A DNA stretch of 64,000 nt from Podarcis gaigeae (GCA_964106915.2 OZ066916.1); one strand, 5' to 3'; positions 46,843-60,368 are shown, counted from the stretch's first letter. A program made the numbers and translations. The notes: a model not told the origin generated them from the letters alone.

Positions 46843-49800
46843 GTAAGTGTAAGGAGAGCAAAGTAGGCTCTGCTCTTCTCTAGCATCTTTAGTTTTCAGC
46901 CTTTAAGAAGAATGTAGTGATTTCTATAGGAAACTGTAGAAAACTGCATGGGAATGATAGTTGTGTGACCGTTGTAGAAAGAACAAGGGAAGGGAAGCAT
47001 TTTCTATCTTGATTGAATAGAGCTCAGTTTGCATAGCTTTATCATTTTCATAACACTAATTACTACATTTGTCAACCTATAGCTTAACTGTTGGCCTGTG
47101 CTGTGGAAACTAGAGCCCATATTACCGCAATAATTGTGATGATGTTCTTCAAATAAGTACAGAAAATTAAGCATGCAACATAGGGTGTCATCCAATTGTT
47201 AGGGGATCTCACACATGGTGACTTGTGTAGAATAAACATAAATACTTCCTGAAACATTTGGGTATTACAGGCATACATTTTGCTGATGCTTTTATCTTAG
47301 TCTGACAACTTCCTTTAAAAGTAAAGTATTGTTCAATAGTATGAATTCAGATGCCATCAGTGCTATTTCATGGAAGTTTCTGACAAAAGTTGAAATTTCA
47401 TTGTGTGCTTCTTTGCGAAGCTCTCTCCTCCGAAATACAAAGCCTTATGTATAGATATATATCTATATGTTGGGGAAAGGGATGTAGATCTAGTTATTTA
47501 TTTGGTATAAGTGCTAGGAAGATTTGTACTTTCTCACCATTTTCTTTGGGACAATGTGATAAAGTGCTCTCTTTCAGCCACTTCTTCATTTGGAACGAAA
47601 AGGATTTTTCTCTAGACAATAATTTTGATAAGTCACTTATTGTTTTTCAGTGGTGCTAAATATGTTGTTAGATTAATCTTGTTCATTGCATTTATATTCT
47701 GCTTGGCAGATAAAATTCAAGGAATGGGAACAGGAGATAAAATGATCTTACACCTTAGAATTGGAACCTCTTAAATACTGTAGGGAGTTTTATAAAAACA
47801 AGCTTTCAGTCTATATCCACTTAGGAGCTCTGAAAAAGGCCAATTACTATTGTTGGTTGCAAACATGAATAAATTGTTCCAAGTAAAAATCATAGAAGAG
47901 ACAATTCCAGTCAAGAATACTATGTTCAAGTATGCTAAAACAACCATGAAAGCGATTTAAGTAGAAAGTAATAGTGTTTCATGTGATAAGTCATGTGATA
48001 AGACTGTTCCTAGACTGTACCAGTCAAGATTTCAGGTGGAGGACTGCACAGTTGAATGGCTGCCCATTTGGGAATAGGGGGAATGTTGCACACAGAAAAC
48101 TAGCACAGTGGGAAGTAAAGCTAATATCAAACCCTTTACCAGAGAACTTTGGGGCTCAAGAGAGGATGTGGGTGCAGTGTGCAGGTTTCTGTATAAGAGA
48201 ATTCAGTTGTGCAATGTCCCACCAGCAGTTTGAAGAAGCACAGTCTAGGGACAGTTTTATAAAACACAACTATCATTTCTCACCCCCCATAGAATTAAGA
48301 ATTCAAGAATTATGTAAACACAGTAAATGACCAATCTTTGGAATTTCATTTTTGCATCTTTGTATTTGTTTATTTATAAATGCATTTCTATACTGCCAAG
48401 TCATAAAATATCAGGGCAGTGTACAACTATTTTTTTTAAAAAAATCATTTAAAACAGTACACAGCTATGAAGGTCTGTCAGCATAAAACTAAGTTTTCAG
48501 AAGATGCCAGAATGTCACAATGAGGGTGCCTCAATCACTGCAAAAGATCTACTTGGTTAAAGTCCAGTAAACGGTCACATACTTCACTGTTTACTTGCTT
48601 AATGATTTTTGCCTCCCCTGTCTGTATGTGTGTGTGCACAATGTGTCTGCCTTACTCATTAATTTGCAGTCTCATATTGCCTCTATTCCATCCATTCATG
48701 CATAGAAGCACCAGGAGGGCAATACAGAAAAAGTTCTAGATGCACTTTTCTCTGCAAATGCCCCCACATACTGTTTTTTCAGTGGCCTAGCAGCTTCAGT
48801 CCATTATCTCTTGGGATTGTCCATTGTCTTCCTGAGCAGCTACTTCATTGGACCAGATTTGTCTTGCAATTTTTTTTCCTAGTTTGGCTGTAAAGATGTA
48901 CGAAAGGGAGAACTTATTTCAAAAATATGCTCTTCTGTTCTAGGCTTCTGTACACTCACTAATGCATGCTCCGAGATGATAGATATTAGGCAGCACAGCC
49001 AGCAGCGCATTTGAAAATATTACCTATAAAAAAAATTCTTTATGACTTCCTGCTGGGATGGCTGTAAGTGAAACAGTGGTTAGATTTATTTACAGTTCTA
49101 GCTATCTCTCTCCCCCCCCCCACAACCCCCAAACAGTAGTTCTCTAATGTAGCTCAGATTAGTGTCATTTATCAGAGCTAATTATACAGCAGATGGAGCT
49201 TTTCTGATTGATGATGGTCTCAGTGTGGAAGGTTCTTTCCCATAATGAAGAATGCCCAAACTTTAAATGTCTTTTTTGATTTTAATTTAAGGGTGGCTTT
49301 TTCATATTATTTATTTTGTTTTGTAAGGAGTTCTATAATACATACGCTGCTTTCATTATAGCAGTGTTTCTTAAATGATTGATATTTTTTCAGTGCAGTG
49401 AGATGATGATGTACAGCTGCATACTTTTACTGAATAGATTTGCTTCTATTTCAGTAAACAAAAAAAAAAACAGTGTGGGATATCATTGAGTTAATCCTTA
49501 CCAAATTGTGCATAGATCTTACTGCTTAGAAGTGGTGTTGTTAATAAAAACAATTCAGATGGCAGCCTTTTGTGATCTTTCTCCGTTCCAAACCAGCTCG
49601 ACTTCAAGGTGCTAGCTGTGGTTAATTGCCCTACAGGCTAAGCACACTATAATTGTAGTAAGCCATTTTATTCATCATGTTGCAATAAAGATCTATCGTG
49701 TTAATAGTCTTGCCGAATGGGAAGAATTTTAAGCATTTTTATGAAGAGTCAGAATATTCTAGGAGGGGGAAAAATCTATAATTATATTTTGTGGCAGTTG

Positions 49801-50127
49801 GGTCTGGCAGGATATTAATGTGATTGCATGCATTCCTGTAATTCCAGTCATTCTTCTTACAAGCTAATTTTTTTTCCCTGGGCCTGCTTGTATACAAGCC
49901 CATTTATTTCCTACAAAATCCGTATCTGAAAAGATGCCTCAAAAGTGCAAGTAATTCTTAATTAGAGTTGCACCAGTTGCCAACAATATACTTTCTCAGA
50001 GGAGATGCTGCTTCCGACAGAGAAGGAAGTGGCCAAATATGAATCTTCCAAATGCCAGATTTAACCCTGACATATAACTTTCCTTCCTGCCACATTCCTG
50101 ACTAACCCTCTACCCCCCCCCCACATT

Positions 50128-50658
50128 AAGAGAATAAGAAAAGCTGACTGGATCAGGCCAAAAGCCTAACATCCTGGTCTCACAGTGGCCAACCAGACCC
50201 CCATGAAAAATCCTCAAGTAGGACCTGAGCCAGGGGGTGGTGCGCCCCATTCTTCACTTGAGGTGAAACTGGATGTGCTGCCCACTTCACTGCCCCCACT
50301 GCCAGTAGAGAAGAGGTACTGGCATTGGCACCAATTTCCAGCAAGGTCTGAGAGCAGCAGGACACCACAAACATCCCTCCTCAGCGGCTTCTGCCACCTG
50401 AGGCGGCTTCTTCATCCCACCTCATGGGTGGACCGGGCCTAACCTAAGGACAACAGGACTTGCCTCTCCCCCCCCCCCCAAGCATACTGCCCCCAACCAT
50501 GGAGGCAGAGGATAGCTATTGTGGCTGATAGCCATGGACAGCTTTATCCTCCGTGACTTTGTCTAATCCTGTTTTAAAGCCACTCAAGTTGGTGGCAATC
50601 AGTGTTTCCTGTGGAAATGATTTCCATAGTTCAGCTGTGCACACCATGAAGAAGGACC
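50128..50658 (-). mobile_element. CR1 LINE 3' end, interrupted by an unrelated GC-rich insert (about 50230-50450)
   Basis: Minus-strand peptide SFFMVCTAELWKSFPQETLIATNLSGFKTGLDKVTEDKAVHGY resembles the CR1 ORF2 C-terminus. 3' UTR motif CTGGATCAGGCCAAA...CAGTGGCCAACCAGA. Confidence 0.8.
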
Positions 50659-50669
50659 GGATCTCTCCA

Positions 50670-50840
50670 ATGAGCTCAATGTGGCATATATGGCCCTCTC
50701 TCTCGTCATTTAATCCCACAACCACTCTGTGAAATAGTTCAGACTGGCCCAAGGTCACCCAGAGAGCTTCATGGCTGAATGGGGATTTGAGCCCAGGTCT
50801 CCCAGGTCCTTGTTCAACACTTAAACCACTGCACGACTAG
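50670..50840 (-). mobile_element. tRNA-derived CORE-like SINE
   Basis: GACTGGCCCAAGGTCACCCAG...GGGGATTTGAGCCCAGGTCTCCC...AACCACTGCAC contains reverse B and A boxes. Confidence 0.75.
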
Positions 50841-53390
50841 CTCAATAGCATAAGAATACATTTAGGCTCTATTGTCCGTTGGTTATTGTTTGGGCCTCCT
50901 AGTATTTGTATTTATTTATTTATTTTTATTTTTAAATGGCCTATCCTTCTTTCCCCGAAGGGAGCATAGTAGTAAGTGGTTCTCTTTAACAATGTGGATC
51001 ATGAGGATAGGAAAGAGGAAGCCAAAACACATTTTTCTTTTAACCACTCCAGAACCCACTTATTAGGGAAGTCTGTGTGTATTTTATTAAAAGGTCATGC
51101 CATATACTTTAACAATTTCATTTAGTTTGAGCCCTTCATCACCTTCTCTGGGGCTGTCACATTGTTTTCCTTTCCTCTGTGCAACTGCAGCTCAAGCTGA
51201 CATGGTGCAGGTTTAAGTGAAATCTGAATTGTAATATAACATGAAAAATGTCCGTGTGGGAAATTTGACTTTGGCAGTTAGATCAGGTTGATATTTCAAT
51301 AGCACTTCACTACACAGGACATGGTGTCATTTTAATTTGTGCTTAACTTTCCCCAAGACTTTCCAAATTTCTATTCTTAAGCATGATTTAGAATGTTTTG
51401 AGGAACTGTCTAACATTATATTCCTGTAAAATGTTCACACGTCCTTTGTTAATGAAATGTGCAGTTGGGCTTAGATGTATTCTCGTCTCTGCAAATGGAA
51501 TTAACTACGGATATTCCTCTTGCCCAGAATGTATCCATGTGTTTGTGTGGCAGCAGAACTGTATTCCCTAATCATTTTGGTTTCCGTCTTAATGCACATG
51601 GCCAAATACCTTGCTTTAAGCCACTGAATATTCATTGTTCTTTACAATATTACCCCTTTAGCCCTTTAAAAATTGCTATTGTAAACATGTTTTCTGATGC
51701 TCAGGCTTTCTTCTGCACGATCAGAACCAAAGAAATGAGAGGGAGCCTAAAGGAATATAAAGGTATACAGAATAATGATATTGCACATCAGGATTGCTTT
51801 GGGGCACAGTCATATAGAAATGGGTGGAAAAGTGGAGCTTTTTTGAGTTGCTTTTTGATGTTCTGAAAGGACCTCAAATAGTCTGAAATCCTTGACAGCC
51901 GTTCCAGGTATTCCTCTGTAGGCCTTGACATAACTGCAAACAAATTTGAAGTGATTATCGGGGCCCATATAAACGTTGCATTTGTTACAAGACATTGGTT
52001 TTGCATTCCATTGACCATAGAGCATTTTTTAATCAGGGACCCTATTTTAAGTAAGGGAGTATTGTATTTATGTTACAAATGGGAATAGTAATGCAAAACG
52101 AATTGTGTTGACACAGATGCCTTCATCTCAGTACCCTGCTTTAATGTATTCCCTACAGGAGACAAATGTATTCGGGAAATACACGAAAGGTTATAAGGTT
52201 TGGCAGCGAGAGATTGCATAAAAATGTGTACATAAAAATCTGAATGATTAAATCTTCATCCATTTAACTAATTTTAACAATACAAGTTGATTCTCTAGAA
52301 GTGGTTGAAGCTTGGACAGCTAAGTAGTTTCTGCACGTGACAGAATGTTACCCATACATGTAGAAGAAAAGCAATGTGTCTCTGAAGACTTCCATTTAAG
52401 ATTTAGCTTCCTTCTAGTTTATATCTCTTATATGTTTGTGATTCTAATTCATGGCTCTTTTCAAACTTAATTATGTAGATAAATTAGGGATGTCTATTCC
52501 AATTACACACATTCACGGCTAGATTCAGGGTTTAAGCAGGCTTCCCAAAACACCACTGTTGCTTATACTTTCTAGAGGTTCTTAAAAGATTTGTTGCTGC
52601 CAACTCTCACAATGGGGATTCTTTTTAAGCTTGGCTACTCTTAAGTTCATGAAAAACCTTTTGGGTTCTGGTCTCTAAAGCCTCCAGCCAAAAGCATTTA
52701 AGTCATTCGTAGCTTGTTAGGAAAGCAGTTTTTAGAATATTGTATTTTAGATATTCCAACATAACATTACCTAGAGTGAAGATCTCTTAAGTGTGCTTAG
52801 AAACAGGAAGTCCTTGTGGACAAGGCAACAACTATTATCATCTTGTTTCCTGGTTGCTGCTCCGTCTTCCCAACCCTGCTTATTCTGCCACTTCATTTAA
52901 CTAGCAATAACTGGCTTGTGGATTGGCATAGTTGACATCTACCTTCTAGATTTCCAGCATATACTTGCTTGTCAAAGCACTATGCTTGCAGTTGAAAGCC
53001 AGGAATAAATTGGAAAGTATACTGCACAGCACTGGGGGCACATATGTACATACATTTGCAGTTATAAAGTTATGGAATATTCAGCAATGCTCTTTACACT
53101 GCAGTTAATGTTGATTTGAATTTAATTTTTGTTCTTCATTGTTGATAGATACCCCTAAAAGATCATCATTCTAAAGTTTCTACAGTGCCCAAGGATACTG
53201 GCTTTTCACATCATTAAGATTGGACTAATTGCCTCTCATAATAACGATGTGAAGTTTCTTACCATGAGGTTGAAACAAATATCACTCCATTCCAACTGGA
53301 AACTAATATCTGGAAAAGAGGAGGCATAATCAAGGGACAAGAAAATGCCCTGGCGTTTAGACTGTTTTTGTGTTCTGTCTTTATAATATG

Positions 53391-53392
<2 letters not shown>

Positions 53393-53430
<38 letters not shown>
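53393..53430. repeat. (TG)n microsatellite
   Basis: Direct. Confidence 0.98.
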
Positions 53431-53432
<2 letters not shown>

Positions 53433-53749
53433 TGTCATGTATAGAGGTAGGATTATGTGGTTTGTAAAGAAAGCTTTTGGCTTGTACTGCATGTCATAAA
53501 ATAAGAAAGCATGCTACTGGTCATAACAAACATGCAATGCATGCAAATATTTTTTCCTTGACATCTGAATCGAGTGAGGCTGTGCAGGCGCTGGACCAAT
53601 GACTGGAGGCAGTGAGGCTGAACAAGATGGAGGTGCTGTGAATTGACTGTTTTCGTGTCCAGGAATTGGGTTGCACTCCTCTTGAATGAGCAGGTTTGTT
53701 GCTAGGGGGTACTTCTTGATCCAGCATTCTCACTGAAGGCTGAAGTGGC

Positions 53750-53925
53750 ATATTGGTAGCATAGAGTGCCTATTTTCAGGTACAGCCATTCATGGACTAT
53801 GACAGCCTTGCCACAGTAATCCGTGCTCTGATAACATCCCAGTTAAATACCTGTAATGTGCTTTATATGGGGGGCTACCTTGGCAGAAAGTTCAGAAGCT
53901 GCAATTTGCACAAAATACAATTTGC
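53750..53925 (+). mobile_element. L2 LINE ORF2 internal fragment
   Basis: Translates approximately as LATVIRALITSQLNTCNVLYMG, like the L2 motif HALITSRLDYCNALY.GLP. Confidence 0.7.
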
Positions 53926-54187
53926 ACAAGATAAATGAAAACCTGCCCTGGTCCCAGTATCCTATCAGTGTGAGCAGCTAACAGTTCAGGAGTAGTTTGT
54001 CATCATCCCACCTACTGGAGCTTAAAGCAACTAACTTGTAATCCACAGCTGAAGCCTTCAGGACAACCACAGGGCAACTGAAAGGCAGCTCTTTGTTTGC
54101 CAACAATGGATGTGGGGCTCAGATAATTTCACCAATTACCTTGTCTTCTAGCTCTCCTGTTCTGCCTTCTGTAGGTGTTGGTGCATC

Positions 54188-54236
54188 ATCATAACAACAA
54201 CAATTTATACCGCGCCCATCTGGCTGGGTTTCCCCA
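54188..54236 (-). mobile_element. 49-bp L2-like 3'-terminal insertion
   Basis: CCCATCTGGCTGGGTTTCCCCA terminus with a short tail. 7-bp TSD GTGCATC (54181-54187 and 54237-54243). Confidence 0.8.
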
Positions 54237-56309
54237 GTGCATCTCCCATAGGAGAAATCCAGTCCACCTATCCAGCTTTCCTCCCATCATCTGCTCCTTC
54301 TCTTTCTTTCATTTCCTTCTCCTCTCCCAAATATACAGAAGAACTGTCACTTGTTCATTGTCTGCTTGCTTGTTATCAGTGCAAAGAACGAAGTAACTGT
54401 AGGGACTAGGATTATATGGAGCTTCTGTTTCTTCTATGTTCCTGGAACAGCTGCTCTAGTAGTCATTGCTACTTTACTGACCTCTTCACTGGCTGATGGT
54501 TTTGAGACACCTAGAGCACTTATATTTTATTTATTAATTCAGAGTTTCTCCAAAGTACAGCATAAAGCAATATTGGCCTGTCCTGCTCTTAGCTCCAGAG
54601 TCCTTTGTATGTATGAGAGGACTCAGAATTGGTAAGGTCGGTTGTTACTGGCATGCTACCATGACTAGCCCAAATTTGTAGACGCTCTTTCATATGGCCT
54701 CAGTGAACAAAAGAAGATGTAGGTATTGTTCTTCACTGTGCATCCTGTAACAAACAGAATTCACAGAGAGAGGAGGGTGGTTGAAAGAACCAGGAGATGA
54801 ATAGGATGGAAATCACAGTAGCTGCATCCTTTCTTAGTGCCTCAAAAGTATCTACTGTCAGTTTCTTGGTCGTTATTTAATCTCACCCACCTTAATGTTT
54901 CAGAAGAAAGCAGATTGTCAGAGTGATTGTCAAAGACCATGAGTGATATCTATCTAAGACCCATTGAATCAGCTTAAGACCATTGATTGCAGTGGGTTTA
55001 CTCTTGAGTATGGCAAACATTTGATGCTCCCCATATGAATATACTAGTTTCCCCCTTCTGACTGTGTAAACTTAACCCAGTCAGACACTTCCTTTTGCAA
55101 AGTTGTTTAGCAAATATTGCAGGAATTAAATATTCTCAAGAAAGTATTGAAACTTGATGGAAGTAGTCAAGTAGATTTGTTAATCTAGGGTCCCTTCCAG
55201 GCTGCTGAGAAAATTCTGGTGAAGCATTCCATATAGTGGCTTTAGTATTATTACAGACATGGGAAATAATTTATTGCACACATCTGCATGCCAAGGGATG
55301 TTATAGCAAAAACTGTATTACAGAAACTTACTAATGTGTGTACATATGCTTTACTTCTAATTTAGATACCCAAACTTTATCTGAATATGAGATTTGGTAT
55401 GTCAGTATGTCTAATCCTGCAAAGGTAAAATCATCAAGGAGATTATGATGGGAGTGAAATTGACAAGGTATTTAATAAGGGATGATGCATTTCTAATTAG
55501 TCCACAGTGCCTGTAGTTGAAAATTAATTGTGGTGTTATGTAAATGTCATGTTAATTAAGAGAGAATATTGGAAGTACAATAAATCTTTAAAAAGTTACC
55601 CATTTTAGTTAATATTTATGCAGGCTTCCAAAAGAATGATAGCAAGATATCTCAACTTTTAGATGTCTGTTCAGCAACCTGATTTCTTAGTTGATATGGG
55701 CTTCCTTTTTTTAATTGCAAGCATTCCAAAATACAGTTGCCTTTATAATATGCAAAAATTCTGCCTGTGCCGAGCCTTATAAAGGTTGGCAGTCATATGA
55801 TTTATTCAGCTGGAAATCAACCTAGACTGATTCTAAAACAGTTTCCACAACCCACTGAGTGATATGGAAATGGGGCCTTAACATTGTGCATTCGTATCTA
55901 CATCCAAATGTAATTGTTGAAGACCTAACTAACAGTTTAGGTTAGAACATGCCTTAATGTCATGTTGAATCTAGTGCCATGCTTCTCAAAATGTGAGGTG
56001 AGTGTGTTGGAGGTACCTGTCACTGGTAGAGGAGGCTTGACTATCAAGCTATAAACCTTTTTCTGTAGTTTGGTTAAGCCATTTAAGTATCTCTGTGCTA
56101 TATTTTTATCAGTTTCTCCCATTCTCTTCCAGTATCTGTCTGCCTTTTTCCAGGATTCACTTAAGCATGAATATTGCTAATTAGTTTGCCTTTCTCATCT
56201 TGTGTAGAGTTGTGAGATATCAGAACAGATTTTTCTCTCTAGCATTGGGAGGCTTTAGTAGATACAAAGGTTGAAAACTACCAATCCGGTACCAATTGAA
56301 TGTGTAGTA

Positions 56310-56445
56310 CAGGCATAGGCAAACTTGGCCCTCCAGATGTTTTGGGACTACAGTTCCCATCATCCCTGACCACTGGTCCTGCTAGCTAGGGATCATGGGA
56401 GTTGCAGTCCCATGGGAGTTGCAGGGCCGAGTTTGCCTATGCCTG
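56310..56445. mobile_element. Palindromic hAT MITE
   Basis: TIRs CAGGCATAGGCAAACT...AGTTTGCCTATGCCTG. 8-bp TSD GT(G/A)TAGTA. Internal CATGGGAGTTGCAG duplication. Confidence 0.9.
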
Positions 56446-57519
56446 GTATAGTACTTACTATGGTAGCAATCTGACAAAGAGCAGGTGCCTAGCACACAGC
56501 AATTGGCTTCATTCTAAACTGGGACAGTGGACTATTTCAAACTCAGATTAGATTTAACCCTTTGACTCCTGCTGTGGTTCTGATACAGATCAGTGTTTCC
56601 ACATCAGTAGTGTACTGGGGTGAGTGGGTCCTGGGAGCATTTTTTTTACCAGATCAAAGCCACAACAGGCAGGAAAGGATCCCCTACAATGGCAATTTGA
56701 GTGGGGAAAGTTTGTACTCAGTGGCAAACTATGTGTTCAACATCTCATGAGGTTTGGCACATATATAGGAGAATACTTGATCACAGAACAACTTCATTCT
56801 GTCAGTGAGGGGCTTAAGCAAGCATGTTTTATTCTTCATCTACCTTTGAAAAATTTCACAGAAACTGCTGATTTGTGGCTAGAGGTAGGAGCAGTTGCTG
56901 GAAATACTGCTGCTTAGTTGCTTTTCAGTCAGTGTTTCTTATGAAATATATGATTGGACAATACACAAAGCATTTTTTATTACAGTTCTCAGCAAAAGAG
57001 TGCAAAAGAACGATAGGTGAAGTTCTGCATTAGAGGATAATGATGAAGGCCTGGATATGCTTTGATGTTTAAATCTACAGTGATTGCAACTAAATGTTTT
57101 ACCCTACAATAAATGTGGGTTTCTGGTTATTGTTTTTTCCACAATAAGATGAACTTCTTCCATTATATGAAGTCTGGAATAAGTTCTATCAAATTTCACT
57201 TCTAAAACCTGATGAAGTATAGAACTACTTCATCACGATTCCAACTCAGGCTATGTGGTGCCTGAATTGTAGAAAAATAATGTTCATCTGTTCTTCAAAA
57301 GGATATACAATCAGATTTAGATAAAATCTGAACACAAAATACGTTATACTCTTACGTTCTATTGATATTTCATAGTAAAAGCACTTTTTCACACGACTAT
57401 CCTATCTGCATTGTAATTATTTTACTCTTCTATTCAGAAGTATATGGTGGCTAAAATTTATTTGAACTGCACTTGCAGGAGATATTTATCACTTTGTTGC
57501 GTCAATTAAGTGTTTTAAA

Positions 57520-57600
57520 TTTGTTGTTAGCTGCCCTGAGCCCGGTTTTCTGAACCGGGAAGGGTGGGGTATAAATAAAAAAGTATTTATTTATTATTTA
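57520..57600 (+). mobile_element. L2-like 3' tail
   Basis: AGCTGCCCTGAGCCCGGTT...AACCGGGAAGGGTGGGGTATAAATAAA stem-loop terminus. Confidence 0.65.
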
Positions 57601-57749
57601 TATCATAAATAAATAACACAACAACTCCCCATATATTGAATCTCTTCACAATATCAGATTCCTTGTAACCACAACCAAGTAGTTAACACAGGTGGGAAGA
57701 ATTCAGTTTTGAGATTTCTATGCCTCAGGGTCACAAACATTATTTAGGA

Positions 57750-57888
57750 CAGGTGTGGGGAACCTTTGCCCCCCCCAGATGTTGCTGAACTACAACTCCC
57801 ATAAACCCTGATTTTTGGTTGTGCTTGCTGGGGCTGATGGGAGTTGTAGTTCAGCAACATCTGGAAGGCCAAAGGTGCCCCATCTCTG
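57750..57888. mobile_element. Palindromic hAT-type MITE
   Basis: CCAGATGTTGCTGAACTACAACTCCCAT is a perfect inverted repeat of ATGGGAGTTGTAGTTCAGCAACATCTGG. Confidence 0.88.
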
Positions 57889-59564
57889 CTTTCAGACTGT
57901 TGGTATATATTTCCATCTATATTTCTTGGGCTTTATCCTATTTTGATATTTTGATAAAGGTCTAAATGTACAGAAATTGTATTCATGGTTACCTTATGTG
58001 AACAATTTCATATTTGGCTGTTAAATTATTCCTTACTGCAGTTCAGGAAGATAAGTAGCAGGATTTCTGAAAATGAAGGTACATGGTATTGTTAGCCTAG
58101 TAAGCACCTCATTTTCATTGCTTTATAATCTGAGTAAACTCTTGCAATGTTGCTTACAGTAAGGACTCACTAGGGTTCCATTTTGTTTCACTGGTTGCCT
58201 TTTAAGCTGCAGCTTGAAATGTGCAGTGGGAAAGCTCCCTAAAAATTGTCTTTTAATGTTGGTGAATTCCTTGGAGGACAACAAAACCAGTCTCTCATCA
58301 GTGCCCGCTAACTGTTGCAATACATGTTGCGTTTTCCACAGGGAATAAATATTCATGATGACTTGTTCATATTGAGACACCTATACATGCAGGTCCCATT
58401 TTACAAACACAAGTGTGTTCCCTGGAAACAGTTTGTTAGGCAAGTGATTGCAAAGTGAGTCAACAATTTCCATTCGCATAACAAGTTGACAATTTCCATT
58501 GTGTTCCTGACCATGGAATCTGTGGTGCATATAGCAAGGTTTGGGCACTAGTTCCTTGTGTTCAGATAAATGGATTTTTGCATAGCAAGCGTTCATAAAG
58601 CAGGACCTGCCTGTATTGGAAATAGTGTGTGTGAAGTGGCAGTGAGGGCAACTTACACAGAGGCATTTCCACAAGGATGTGCTATGTAATTTAGATTATT
58701 CAAGATGTTTAAGAAACCTGTAAGAGGAGGCAGTTTTACCCTTTATTGCAGATGGAGGGTTAAGAAAATAGTGACCTAACAAGTTAATGCCCAAGGTGAA
58801 ATTTGAACTTGCAGTTTCTGATTCACAGGTCACACTCTTAACCAGCTGTGTTGATTTGTGGGTGCATGCATATTGAATATTGTACAAGTAGAAGCCCATT
58901 GACATAACTAGAGGAGTATTTTCATAACACTATTTTGCATTCAGTTATTGGTACTTGGGGACTCGCCTTTTACCATAATGACTTAATTTTAAGCTATAAG
59001 GTTATAATCAGTTATCAAAGCTGCAGTGTTGCCAGTTACATTTGCTGTCAATTCATTTCAGCGTAACTGATCAGGTATGTGTGTTTACTGCAATATATCA
59101 GACAATTATTAGGCAGCTGGCTTAACAAGCTCTCTGGAGAGTTCTGCTCTGGTACATGTTGAGGTCTGCTAGGAAATTTAGAAGCCAGTCACTAAGCCAA
59201 TTGCTAAATGGTTAGGACGTCATTTTTTAAAATTGAATATTGGTTTTAAATAATATATGTAAAGTTATATAGAATTTATTGTAGTATATGTTGCCTTGTT
59301 CATCAGTGTTGGCCATGACTGTTATCTCACCGCTCCTCTATATTATCCTACTGCAGAATTTTCACGATGTCCATTTTTTGGTGTAGGAGCAGAGAGCTCC
59401 AGCTTCATTATTATTGTTGTGACTCTTCCACAGCATTTGTAGCATACCTATGCAAGTTTGTATTTGTTACCTATATGCCTTTGGATATTATACTGTTCTG
59501 GATGACCAACATAGCAATAATGCAAAAGTAATTTTCTGGAACTGACTTATTTCTCTGTTTTCAG

Positions 59565-59630
59565 GTGGGCCATGCACAGATACAGCTCATGTCTCCTTAA
59601 CCACAGCAACCAAAAGATCCTGCGATTCAG
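59565..59630 (+). CDS. ZFAND3: ZFAND3 coding exon 4 (66 nt): (C)GPCTDTAHVSLTTATKRSCDS
   Basis: Branch-point-like CTGAC at 59542-59546, pyrimidine tract, TTTCAG acceptor, CAG|GTAAAT donor. Matches recalled ZFAND3 CGPCTDTAHVSLITPTKRSC. In frame with exon 3. Confidence 0.96.
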
Positions 59631-60368
59631 GTAAATCTTAATTTCTTTTTAAACATCACATCAAGCTATATAGTATGCTGAAGGAGAGAACAATATTAAA
59701 AAATAACACTCGGAACCAAGAGCTGCACATTCACCACGTATGTGTAAATAACCACAATCAACCACACACTCACCAAAACATCAAGAATTACCAAACCTTA
59801 AAAGACAGCTGAACAAATTGTTAGGGTTCCCAACACCTTAAAAAAAATCAAATTAAAAGTTACCATTTACGCTAAAATATACTACCATGGAGGGACACTT
59901 CTTACTTCCTGCAACAAGCAAGAGAGTCCTGAGCTGTCCTAGGCCATGACAGGTACCACTGCTGACTACTAGTGTTCCTTTTTGGCAATGAGCACAGCTG
60001 TAGCAGATGGGCAGTAGAAAAGCTTTGCTATGCTGCAATGCATGTCTCTCAATTTATTCAAGGCTGAAGGGCAAGTAGTCCTCACTCCTCCTACCTTTCT
60101 AACAAATGATACCAAAATTAAGCAAAATTATAGCTTTTACCTTTGCAATGGTAGTCAGTTATTTGGCATCCCAGCCATAGTAGACACCCACTGAAACATT
60201 CTGGAATTGAACAGTCCACACAAGTGTCTTGGGGTACACCACCTTATTAACTTGCCATCTTAAACTATGCTTTATGATCTGGAAATAGCACAAGTCTAGT
60301 CTTAAGATTTTCTTATCAGCAGGATATCAGGATCCTGCCCACTGCAAAACCAGTATGTGACTTTTCTC

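Larger units (their letters stand above)
46843..59564 (+). other. ZFAND3: ZFAND3 intron 3 (GT-AG, 12,722 bp)
   Basis: Bounded by the exon 3 donor and exon 4 acceptor, phase 1. Confidence 0.9.

Noticed and set aside
51459-51866. Longest ORF in the window (135 aa) as a nested gene
   Set aside because: GTG start, no recognisable domain, no splice or promoter support.
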